Positions 53,263-64,000 of a DNA stretch of 64,000 nucleotides are shown piece after piece. The stretch is from NCBI RefSeq assembly GCF_006345805.1, contig NC_043010.1, positions 13,144,001 to 13,208,000 on the forward strand, in the 5' to 3' direction. The translations under genes and the position numbers were made by a program. The DNA comes from Octopus sinensis. Its lineage: Eukaryota. The notes beneath the pieces were generated by a model. The model was not told the origin of the DNA. It did not search any database and saw only the letters and a program-made list of their open reading frames with translations. Every line of letters starts with the position of its first letter. Position 1 is the stretch's first letter.

Positions 53263-53597
53263 TCGGTTGTGTCTGGGGAGAGTCATTTTCTTTTTGTGCC
53301 TTATTATTTAACACATTCACCAGTAAAATTTCCACTTATTTCTTATTTTTATTTTCCTAAAATTTTCGTTGCATCTTGTAACCTTTTCAATAGTTTTGAG
53401 TTTAATCTGTCGAAAAGGTTGCAAGACACAACGAAAATTTTGGGAAAATAAAAATAAGAAAAAAGTGGAAATTTTACCGGTGATTGTGTTAAATAATAAG
53501 GCACAAAAAGAAAATGACTCTCCCTGGACACAACAGAATATGCTTCAACACACGAACTCATATAAAGAATCTTGCAAACCAATTCCAAGAACGAAAT
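53263..53597. mobile_element. Penelope-like fold-back (arms ~53263-53393 / 53407-53538 plus tail) with a U3-A8 hammerhead-like motif
   Basis: Minus 53393-53357 reads CTA-TTGAAAA-G-GTTAC-AAGAT-GCAAC-GAAA-ATTT-TAG. Confidence 0.6.
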
Positions 53598-53613
53598 ATA
53601 TATATATATAAAC

Positions 53614-53965
53614 AATTGCATCGTGGAAGGTGTTTATAAGCCATTTAAGAAACGCAAAAACTGTTAGATTCACTTCAACATTTAATTTTAATTTGCCAAA
53701 ATATTTTCGTCGCTTTGAGACCGCGACCGGTTCACTGACGAAATTCCATGCTGCACAGAATTTTATAAGTGAACAGGTCAGTGAACAGGTTATGCTCTCA
53801 AAGCAACAAAAATATTTTGGCAAATTAAATTTAAATGTTGAAGTGAATCTAACGGTTTTTGTGTGTTTCTTAAATGGCTTATAAACACCTTCCACACTGC
53901 AATGATTTTCGTTCCAGCACACAATCTCAGATTAGATCACTTGCTATGCAAGTACATCTCCGTAA
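53614..53965. mobile_element. Penelope-like fold-back (arms ~53615-53739 / 53777-53902 plus tail) with a G3-C8 hammerhead-like motif
   Basis: Arm consensus GTCA-GTGAACA-G-GTCGC..GCGAC-GAAAA-TA-TTT-TGGC. Confidence 0.6.
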
Positions 53966-54740
53966 TATATATATATATGTGTGTATATGTGAGCACATGT
54001 ATGTGTAGATATATGTGTTTGAATTGCACACATATGTAAAATTAGCTACAGATATAAATACACAGACATTAGGTATACATAAAATTAAGAAACTGCGTTA
54101 TCAGTTGTGGCAATGCAGTAAGTAACCATTTCTTTCGGAGAATATGAATTCACATTGATTGACTGATATTATTTGAAGTATGAACAGCAAAATCTGTTAA
54201 AGCCAAGAGCCAGATCAAAGAGTAAAATGTTTTCACACTGATGATATTACCAGCAGCAGGCTTATGATGAGTGAAAATCCTACTCCAAGCTTTATTCTAC
54301 ATGTGAAATATGCTAAATCTATAATTATTTTAGAATAATTTTCATTGTAATCTAGTCTGTAAAATCTTATAATCTATTCTAGCATAATATCCTTTAATCA
54401 TATGTAGCACATCAACTCAAGATTTGTCTTTCGAATGTTCAGCTTTCTATATCTCTTGCTATAATTCCTTCAATTGTCATGTCCAAATTTTGTCTTTACG
54501 TTCAGCTTAATCCAAAACACATGTTAGTAGTAACTCTTTATAAAGCTATTGTTGTCATATTAAGAATAGCAATGGGCTAGTTATATTTAATCAATACAAG
54601 CTAACCCTTTGACAGCAAGCTAATCAATTAAAAAAAAAAAACATTAAGTCCGACTGAAAAATCTTCTTTTAACATAGATTTGTAGTACTCAAGTGGAAGG
54701 ATTTGTAAACATTAATAATTTCACCATAATGATAGTTATA

Positions 54741-54782
<42 letters not shown>

Positions 54783-55365
54783 ATTATTATCTCTTATGCA
54801 AAGCCAGAAATCCGGGATCTGGAATTATCCAGTAATTTTTTGCTAGTTTATTTTCTCTCTTTGTCTTCTCTCCTAGAGCTATATGAACATTTAATATGGT
54901 TTTAGAGTCAAGTTTTGACTGGTATTTTCAGTGTGGTGGTATCTCTTAGATACCCTAAATTATAATTTTAAATTATTATTACCATTGAAAGATTTTTTAT
55001 TCCCATGCTGGCCACTTGATAAGATCGAAATTTTAATATCGATCTTATCCTTATTTATAAAAAAATATATATATATATATATGCCATTCGACATGATAGA
55101 TTGCTATCCACTACACTTTCTTTATTTTTTCTCCCTGTTTCTATTTGTGTTCCTTTCTGTGGAAGAGCATAGGCTCGAAACATTAAAGACTTTTTCACTT
55201 CCTGAGCGTTAAACTAATAAATCTGTTTGTTGTCTACACCACCTGTCTTCAACTTTTGTATTCTCCCTATATATATATATATGTATCTACATGTATATAA
55301 ATATATACACACATATATATACACACACACACATATATATGTGTGTGTGCGTGTGTATAATTTGG

Positions 55366-55407
<42 letters not shown>

Positions 55408-55710
55408 CATATATATACTTGTGAAGGTGTGTGGCTTAGTGATTAGGGCATTCATCCATCAGCACGTTGTGTCTTTGAGCAAGACACTCCACTCAATTAG
55501 CAAAAGTAAGCAGTTCCTGTGATTCAAAGGACCGGCCCCGACACATTTTGTGTCACGCTGAATCTCCCTGAGCACTACATAAAGGTTATGTGTGTCTGTG
55601 GAGCATTCAGCTACTTGCATGTTAACTTCCCAAGCAGGTTGTTCCATTCATCAGATCAACTGAAACCCTTATCATCATAACCAACAAAGTTCCAGTTACA
55701 TATACATATA

Positions 55711-55807
<97 letters not shown>

Positions 55808-56276
55808 TATAAATATGCATATATATACACATATACACACACACAAATATATATACATATATATATACACATTTGTACACACACACCCACACGCACACAC
55901 ATATGTGTGTGTATATATATGTGTACAAATGTGTATATATATGTGTGTATATGTATGTATGTGTGTGTGTATGTGTATATGTATGTGTGTGTGTATGTGT
56001 ATGTATGTATAATTGAAAACAAAGGTTGTCAAGACAAGTTGACACAAGCACACACTGATTCATGCATACAGGCACACATGCACTCACACAGACACACACG
56101 CACACACGTGTATGTGTGTATCAAATCCACTCAGAAGGCTTTAGTTGGCTCAGGGTTATAGTAGACATTACAGTACACATTACTAGCAAAAAGTATTAAT
56201 TTCACCAAAATAACAAAATTTACATTCATTTTTGTTTTTTTGTTAGATCTCAAAAATCATATTCTGGTACACTTAC

Positions 56277-56315
56277 CACATCTCCATAACAAGGCCTGAT
56301 ATACTTGGATGCATT
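56277..56315 (-). CDS. Candidate micro-exon; MHPSISGLVMEM(C) in phase 2-2, or NASKYIRPCYGDV in phase 0
   Basis: 39 nt with near-consensus splice sites ttattttttcag|A and GTG|gtaagt. The phase 2-2 reading joins the 48107-48196 exon in frame. Confidence 0.5.
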
Positions 56316-56489
56316 CTGAAAAAATAACAATAATAATAATATCAGTTAGGGGCAACAAATTTAATCTTTTTTTTTCTTCTTTTCTTTTCGAAACATTAAT
56401 AAATTAACAAAGAATGTAGTATGGAGTATATGTAGTAAATGTGATGTTTGGTGCTAGTGAAACATAGGTGTGGTGAATGGAAGATTAAC

Positions 56490-56655
56490 AGGTGTAGGAG
56501 TGGCTGTGTGGTAAGTAGCTTGCTTACAAACCACATGGCTTCGGGTTCAGTCCCACTGCGTGGCATCTTGGGCAAGTGTCTTCTACTATAGCTTCAAGCT
56601 GACCAAAGCCTTGTGAGTGGATTTGGTAGACGAAAACTGAAAGAAGCCCGTCGTA

Positions 56656-56739
<84 letters not shown>

Positions 56740-56962
56740 GTGGTGTGTGTGTGTGTGTGTGTTTGTCCCTCCCCCCAACGTCGTTTGATAACTGATGCTG
56801 GTATGTTTACGTCCCCATGACTTATCGGTTTGGCAAAAAAGACCGATAGAATAAGTACTAGGCTTAGAAAGAATAAGTCCTGGGGTTGATTTGCTCGAGT
56901 AAAATCAGTGCTCCAGCATGGCCACAGTCAAATGACTGAAATAAGTAAAAGTGTAAAAGAGA
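56490..56962 (+). mobile_element. SINE family A, full length
   Basis: Complete family-A sequence. Confidence 0.88.
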
Positions 56963-56999
56963 GGCTAAAGATGGATTAATTGTGTATGATCCTTTTTAT

Positions 57000-57402
57000 A
57001 TTACTCTTTTACTTGTTTCAGTCATTTGACTGTGGCCATGCTGGAGAACCACCTTTTAGTCGAGCAAATTGACCCTAGGACTTATCCTTTTTGTAAGCCC
57101 AGTACTTATTCTATCGATCTCTTTTGTCGAACTGCTAAGTGACGGGGATGTAAACACACTAGCATCGGTTGTCAAGCAATGCTAGGGAGACAAACACAGA
57201 CACATAAACATATACACATACATATATACATGTATACGACAGGCTTCTTTCAGTTTCCGTCTACCAAATCTACTCACAAGGCTTTGGTCGGCCCGAGGCT
57301 ATAGTAGGAGACACTTGCCCAAGATGCCACGCAGTGGGACTGAACCTGGAACCATGAGGCTGGTAAGCAAGCTACTTACCACACAGCCACTCCTGTGCCT
57401 AT
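57000..57402 (-). mobile_element. SINE family A, full length, tail-to-tail with 56490-56962
   Basis: Complete family-A sequence, reverse orientation. Confidence 0.88.
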
Positions 57403-59242
57403 TGAAAAAATTAAATAAGAGAATCAGCCAATGTATGCAAATAGGAAAGGGCCACCCTGGTATGTGGAATGTGATTCAATTAGGAAAATGTTCTGCTAAA
57501 ATGTTAAAAGGGTGAATATTGTCAATGATGGTGGAATTTGTTGGAAGTTTCTTCGCTTTGTAGCAGATGCAGACCATGGAAGAAGAGATGACAAGATGAG
57601 AATGTAGGGCTGCCTGCTCAGACAAGAATAATCCCATCAATTCATTCAGTGCCTGTCAGTATGGAATAACAGGTATCAAATCAGCGATAGTGATGTGACA
57701 GACAAGATGGAAAGAGAGCAGGAGGACGGGTGGAGAGGTGGAGGGAGGGGACAAGGAGGATGAGGACGACAAGGACAAGGAGGAGGACAACAACGAGGTG
57801 GATGACAACGAGGAGGAGGGCAATGAAGTAGAGGTGGTGTTGGTGGTAGTGGTGGTGGTACTGTTGGTGGTGGTGGTGTTGATGGTGAAGACGATGGAAG
57901 GAAAGGTAGAAGTGGAAGCAAAAAGGGATTAATGAAAATGACCATAAGCTTCCGTAAACAAATTTTGTTTTGGTTACATCCTACTTTGGACCAACATGGT
58001 GATCCAAATTTTTTTTTCTTAAGTCAATTTAGCATGATTGAATCATAACTGACTTCACTGTCAAAATCATCGAAGCACTTTAATGACATCCACAATAACA
58101 TGTGTCCAGACTAAGGTCAGTCCACTGCAGAACAGCAGCTAATCTGTTTTGTTTGAGACGTCATAATCCCCATTATATATCCAATGTGTCATGTATTTCT
58201 CGGCAAGACACAGACTACCTTGCATTGAACAATGTGGATAGAGCAATCCTAGGTCCTTGAATTCGGCTTCTTGAATTGTTCCTAAGGAACAATTCAAAAG
58301 ACTAACAAGATATGCGTCATTTGGAATTTGAATGTTAATTTGGAAGTGTCAGAAACACCATACAAAATAATAATTTAATGTAATGGAATTTGGCAAGGTG
58401 GTGTAGTTAAAAAGATTACTTCCTGACCACATGGTCTCAGGTTCTGTCTTCCTGCATGGGCAATTGTCTTCTACTATAACCTCTGGTTGGCCAAAAGCCT
58501 TAGGAGTAGATTTTGTATAAGGAAACTAAAAGAAGCATGTAGTGTGTGTACGTGTGTGTGTGTATGCATGTATGGATGTGCGTGTGTGTGCATGCATGCG
58601 CACATGCATATGTGTGTTTGTGTGAGTGAGTTTGTATTTCCCTAGTCGTCGTGTGTGTTTGCTGACAGTAAACAATGGGTCACTGATGATGTCATTAAGT
58701 GCATTCATTGCAAAAAACATGTCCAGGTTTCTTGACATGTTTTGATATGTTGTGTGATCTTTGTAAGCAAACATTTCGTTCATAGGGTGTCGTTTGCTTC
58801 CAATTCTCTGCATAAGCATATCCAGAATGCTTGTTGCTCAACCACTTGAAAGATTATTTACCCGCTTGGAAACAAATGGAGGTTGGCAACTGAAAGAGCA
58901 TCTAACCATAGAAAACTCTGCCCCTGGATACTCTATTTTACTTCAGATTTTCATTGGTAAACTGTTTCATTTATCCAACCAGGAATTCCCAGGCTTCTTC
59001 TAGGAAGCAATTGTTAATCCCGTAATATAATAATTTATCTGGTGATTGAATCAGATCTGTACCAAAGTTGACTAAATTATATTTTTTCTCATTTACCTTT
59101 GCCTTTGTGTGTGTGTTTACTTTACTGAGTAATTATTATGTATTGAGTTTACTAGCAACCAAGTATTAACAAAGCCACACGAATGAACTTTACTGTTTTA
59201 AAAATGTATGAAATATTATTATTACTTAATAATCTTTTGATT

Positions 59243-59811
59243 AGGTGGTGAAGCACAACCTTCGAACATTAGGTCTCACCGAGGCAATGACTAGTGACCG
59301 AGACCTTTGGAAGTATGCTGTGCGTGAGAAGACCCGGCAGGACAAGTGAGACCATAACCGGTGGCCTCTACCTGGGATGTAGCCAGCCCACTTATGCATA
59401 CCTTTCCTTCTTGGGACACAAAACTCTACTTGTGAAGACCTGTTGAGGCAAGTGAAATTGAAATTGAAATCGATCAAAATCAATGGAAATTGTAGTTGTG
59501 ATACCAGTGCCGGGGGCATGTAAGAGAACCATCCGAACATTGCCGTTGTCAGCGCCGCCCCCGACTGGCCTCCGTGCCGGTGGCACGTAAAAAGCACCAT
59601 CCGATCATGGCCGTTGCCAGCCTCATCTGGCACCTGTGCTGGTGTTACGTAAAAAGCACCCACTACACTCACGGAGTGGTTGGCATTAGGAAGGGCATCC
59701 AGCTATAGAAACACCGCCAGATCAGACTGGGCCTGGTGCAGCCTTCTGGCTTCCCAGACCCCAGTCCAACTGTCCAACCCATGGAAAGCAGACTTTAAAC
59801 GATGATGATGA
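59243..59811 (+). mobile_element. RTE 3' fragment (end of ORF plus complete 3' UTR)
   Basis: VVKHNLRTLGLTEAMTSDRDLWKYAVREKTR, then the shared UTR and (ATG)n. Confidence 0.85.
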
Positions 59812-59944
59812 TTATATCATTCTAAAATATGCTGAGATAACTTGTGATCAGAGATGTGATCGAGAATAATCCGACTGTATATGGTGAAGTCCATGTTTTG
59901 GGCTTTAGATGCTGAAGTTGGATGCTGGTTATTATATTCTCTTT

Positions 59945-60352
59945 TTTTTCTCTTTTACTTGTTTCAGTCATTTGACTGCGGCCATGCTGGAGCACCGCCT
60001 TTAATCGAGCAAATCGACCCAGGGACTTATTCTTTGTAAGCCCAGTACTTATTCTATCGGTCTCTTTTGCCGAACCACTAAGTGACGGGGACGTAAACAC
60101 ACCAGCATCAGTCGTCAAGCAATGCTAGGGGGACAAACACAGACACACAAACATACACACACACACATACATATATATATACATATATATGACAGGCTTC
60201 TTTCAGTTTCCGTCTACCAAATCCACTCACAAGGCATTGGTCGGCCCGGGGCTATAGCAGAAGACACTTACCCAAGATGCCACGCAGTGGGACTGAACCC
60301 GGAACCATGTGGTTTGTTAGCAAGCTACTTACCACACAGCCACTCCTGCGCC
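59945..60352 (-). mobile_element. SINE family A, full length
   Basis: Complete family-A sequence. Confidence 0.88.
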
Positions 60353-61399
60353 TTGAAGACATCCTTAATAAAACCAGTGGTTCTTTTGATCATCTTCAAT
60401 CAGGGTGGCCATAAAAAATTACTGAAATAATTGGGGCCGAGTTGATACATCCACAGTTTATTGATGTAGAAAAGGAGACTGACTTCTGTTGACATTTTAA
60501 ATGACATTCAACAGATATATACTACATGCAGATTTTGTGTCACTACCAGCAAAACCAAAGCAGTTTGGACTTTTGGGACATGTCAGTAAAAACTGTATAT
60601 TTCTCTGAAAAAACCAATGTACTTGCATTCATCTTGCTCTGGAGTATAACTGTATGTCATTGTGTTACAATCAATATTTTCAATAGAAAATATGACTATC
60701 ATTCAGAACTTCTGTGAAACCCATTGCTTTCAGAAAGCCTTGTTCTACACTATCAGACATACCCTACTCTCTAACTAATTCCTGGCCCCACTTCCCCACT
60801 CATTTTTACCTATCTTGTACTTTGAATGTCCACCCTGATGCCTCATCACCATTATTTTTTATCTCTTTTAACCTCCACCTTGGTCACTCCCATCTTCTCT
60901 TCTAAAATCTAAGTATTCATATAGCTCCTCTAAGTATTCATATAGTATTCATATAGTATTCATATAGTATTCCTCTAGTATTCATATAGCTCCTCTATAG
61001 TAAGAAACTTGCTATGTTCCCATCTTTTTCTCTCATACTATACCCACTTCTACTCCTTATTCTCCCAGCATAAACTTTTCCTCCTCACTCAAGGTTCATA
61101 GTCTTGCAAATTGCATGACAACCTCACTGTTGCTGGTGACATGAAAAAAGTACCCAATGCACTTTGTAAAGTGGTTGGCATTATGAAGGGCATCCATTTA
61201 TAGACAGTGGAGCATGATGTAATCCTTGTACCATCGGGTCCAGTAAAACTGTCCAACCCATAGCAGCATAGAATATGAACGTTAAAAAATGACGATGACG
61301 GTTTGTACTACTTAATATTGGTTTTAGAATCTTCGTTTTCATTCTAGTAAATGTACAGTTAACCTAATCAACTGTAAACCATTTGCTATAAAACTACAT

Positions 61400-61630
61400 T
61401 CAGACATGTGATTAGAATTTCAAGATGGATTCTTGGAAGAATCACAAGATGGATTCTTCAAGCCGAGCCAACTGGCAGGAAGCCTAGGGGTAGCCCAAAG
61501 AATGAGATGGCTAGATAAGATCCATATTCTCAGTTGGTCATACTTGGGAATCCAGCCAGAAAATTTGATGATGGTTGTTTCTGATTGGACCTTATGGAGG
61601 AGATGCCTAAGGGCTCTACCTCCATGACTC
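61400..61630 (+). mobile_element. Degenerate RTE-clade (Expander-like) ORF C-terminus
   Basis: RMRWLDKI..LSWSYLGIQPENL..VSD..LWRRCL.ALPP resembles RTE C-terminal motifs. Confidence 0.5.
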
Positions 61631-61779
61631 TCTGCAAGGAATTGTGGTCAAAGAAGATAAATGGATGGATTGCAATTCCAACTAATAATGATAATAAAAG
61701 TTCACCACACATTGAAGTTGCTACAACTTCATACATCCAGCTATTTTATATGACTTATATGTGAAACATATAAAGAAAC

Positions 61780-62182
61780 ACCGTTTCGACCCTGTGCTTG
61801 AGGAGACCTATTGAGTCAAGTACATCAACATCAAAAATCAATGGAAATTGTAGTTATGATCCCTGTGCCAGTGGCACGTAAAAAGCACCATCCAAACGTG
61901 GCTGATACCAGCGCCGCCTTGACTGGCTTCCATGCCTGTGGCACGTAAAAAGCACCAATCCGATCATGGCCGTTGCCAGCCTCATCTGGCACCTGTGCCG
62001 GTGGCACATAAAAAGCACCCACTACACTTACGGAGTGGTTGGCATTAGGAAGGACATCCAGCTGTAGAAACACTGCCAGATGAGACTGGAGCCTGGCGCA
62101 GCCTTCTGGCTTCCCAGATCCCAGTCGAACTGTCCAACCCATGCTAGCATGGAGAACGGACGTTCAACGATGATGATGATGT
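61780..62182 (+). mobile_element. RTE 3' end
   Basis: Shared 3' UTR with three subrepeats and (ATG)n. Confidence 0.8.
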
Positions 62183-64000
62183 GGTAATAAGCTCATGGTA
62201 TAAAGACTAAAGACTAAAGACTTGATTTTGATCATTCCTAGTAACCTGAAGTCATTTTCGTTTTATGTACCTAGTAACTTCCTATCTCCATTCTGCTTAT
62301 AATCACGTGGTTTCAAATCTGGTCAAAGCCACAATAAATAAGTAAATAATAGGGGAATGATGATAGTGGTGGTGGTGGTGGTTGTCATCATCATCATCAT
62401 CCTCATCATTGCTGTTGTGGTGAGGAGGGGGAGAGAGCAGGCTAAGGAGGAGGGAGAGAGGACGCTGAGTGGGGGGGAGGAAGGATGCTGAGGAGGACGC
62501 TATGAAGGAAGGAGGCAGGATGCTGAGGAAGAGGCTGAGAAGGAGGGAGGGAGCAGGCTGAGGCAGTGGGAAGGAGAAGACTGAGGTAGAGAGAGGGAAG
62601 AGGCTGAGGGTGAAGGAATGAAGAGTCCGAGGAGGTGGTATTTTTTGCATTGGTTCAAGGCCTAATCAACTGAATTGACCAGACTCTTCTCTTCTTCCGC
62701 TACAGTTTACTGTGTTGTGCTGATGGAAGATGACTTCACAGATGAGATGATAGATAAAAGTTGACCATGAGTTAATCACACAAGTAACTCCAAAGAAAAA
62801 TAGGTATTTGGGGTCAAGAAAAAAAAATATATAGAAAGATTAACATGCTTTCAGGGAGGTTTCATGAATACAGTTAAAGAAAAACAAAAAAGTGCAGACA
62901 TGGTGTATGTAGTTAAGAAGTTCACTTTACAACTTTATAGTTTTAGGTTCAATTCCTCTGCCCAGTACCTTGGGCAAATGTCTTCTGCTTTACATTTAGA
63001 CTGACCAATACTAGAGTGTTGAAGTTGTATTCATTATGTGTGTTTGGTCTTTACTGGTCTTTACTGGTCTCTGACAAAGATGCAAAACCCCCATCGATCG
63101 AATGTCAGTTACAAAAGCGATGATGTTACATTTTGAACTAGAGAACAGTTTTGCATATTTATAATGTCCTGCTTACAGATTGTATTTAGCTGGCTTCTTT
63201 CTTTTTCTGAAAAAAACTGTGCATATGCATATGTGTGTGTGTACATACATACATACATATGTATACATATATTCTATATAATTATATATAAAACATATAT
63301 AATTGGTTATTCTACTAATTGTATACGTTTTTATTTTTTTTTTTTTTGCTATTTACTTAATCAATGATATTTTATTGTTATTTTAATTTTAATATTTCTA
63401 TTATATGTAATTTTCTAGATGGTGTAATTTAATTGTTCATTTTGAATTGATAAAAGGTGTTTTTTTCTAATTTTTTATATATATATATTATATTGTGTGA
63501 AATTTGATTTAGCATTTCTAAATTGAATTTTTTTTCCCTGTAAGTTTGGATTTATATTCCCTCAAATAATTTTTATATATACATATATATATAGATATAT
63601 ATACATACATTATACACACACACTTGTGTGTGTGTGTGTGTGTGCATGTGAGTGTGTATCAGAGTATATGTTTACTGGTGTAAACCAAAATGTCAACCTG
63701 TATTTCTTTACATCAAAAGCATAATATAGTAATTCAACAAATAGAGATCAATAAAATAAGTACCTGACTGAAATAAGCGCTGGGGTCGATATGATCGACT
63801 AAAACCCTTGAAGGCGGTGCCCCAGCATGACCACAGTTCAATGACTAAAACCAGGAAAAGATTAAAAGTGTAGTAGAATACAAATGAAAGGAATGGCATA
63901 TAATATACTGTACATATGTCCCTTAAATGGAGACAGCCACCAATGGTCCAATTAGAAAACCTTACAATCCCTGATGACCCAAATTACCAAGGACAGATGC

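Noticed and set aside
54251-54296. Possible exon encoding hydrophobic IKLGVGFSLIISLLL (signal-peptide-like)
   Set aside because: Weak acceptor; joining it to the neighbouring candidate exons creates stop codons.
57500-58860. Possible degenerate piggyBac-like transposase (MSRN and KFG..W-like fragments)
   Set aside because: Only short scattered resemblances, with no catalytic motifs, TIRs or TTAA TSD. A translated HMM search would be needed.
60401-60720. Possible Tc1/mariner end (cagggtggcc)
   Set aside because: No matching second TIR or transposase motif seen.
62303-62650. 115-aa Pro/Ser/Leu ORF preceded by CTTGAACCA, like the repeat-exon core
   Set aside because: Only 9-10 nt match the core, FYFV and WK are absent, and the rest is low-complexity sequence.
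1-64000. CRISPR array or prokaryotic operon
   Set aside because: No constant repeats with unique spacers and no gene-dense ORFs; the sequence is eukaryotic intron-like DNA.

Overview
Repeat-saturated eukaryotic DNA, most likely from an octopus (coleoid cephalopod). This is inferred from the SINE/RTE repertoire, the heavy microsatellite load and a coleoid-type 18S rRNA fragment. Almost every ORF in the supplied track is a microsatellite or transposon artefact. Two hidden systems stand out. (1) A minus-strand spliced gene that the ORF track essentially misses. Four paralogous phase-0/phase-0 exons (17954-18085, 15952-16059, 2563-2670, 592-741) each encode one copy of the motif S(Q/L)FYFV(L/V)EP(Q/P)N(E/K)W(K/I)AS(T/S)T between Ser/Thr/Pro linkers, and their divergence is biased toward synonymous sites. 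Three smaller candidate exons (56277-56315, 48107-48196, 29028-29076) splice in frame ahead of them, giving a stop-free 225-codon model with a Cys-rich N-terminal part. (2) Several families of Penelope-like fold-back elements carry minimal hammerhead-ribozyme motifs whose 3-8 core pair covaries (C-G, U-A, G-C). One is an ORF-less ~467-nt unit bracketed by two hammerheads (retrozyme-like). Also present: RTE-clade LINE fragments, at least four SINE families, two hAT MITEs with 8-bp TSDs, two non-autonomous Helitrons, a Penelope GIY-YIG fragment, a 5' 18S rRNA fragment, an intron-containing tRNA-Ile(TAT) pseudogene, a ~3 kb polypurine tract, and local tandem duplications, some possibly assembly artefacts. 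Repeat boundaries are approximate unless a TSD or splice site is quoted.
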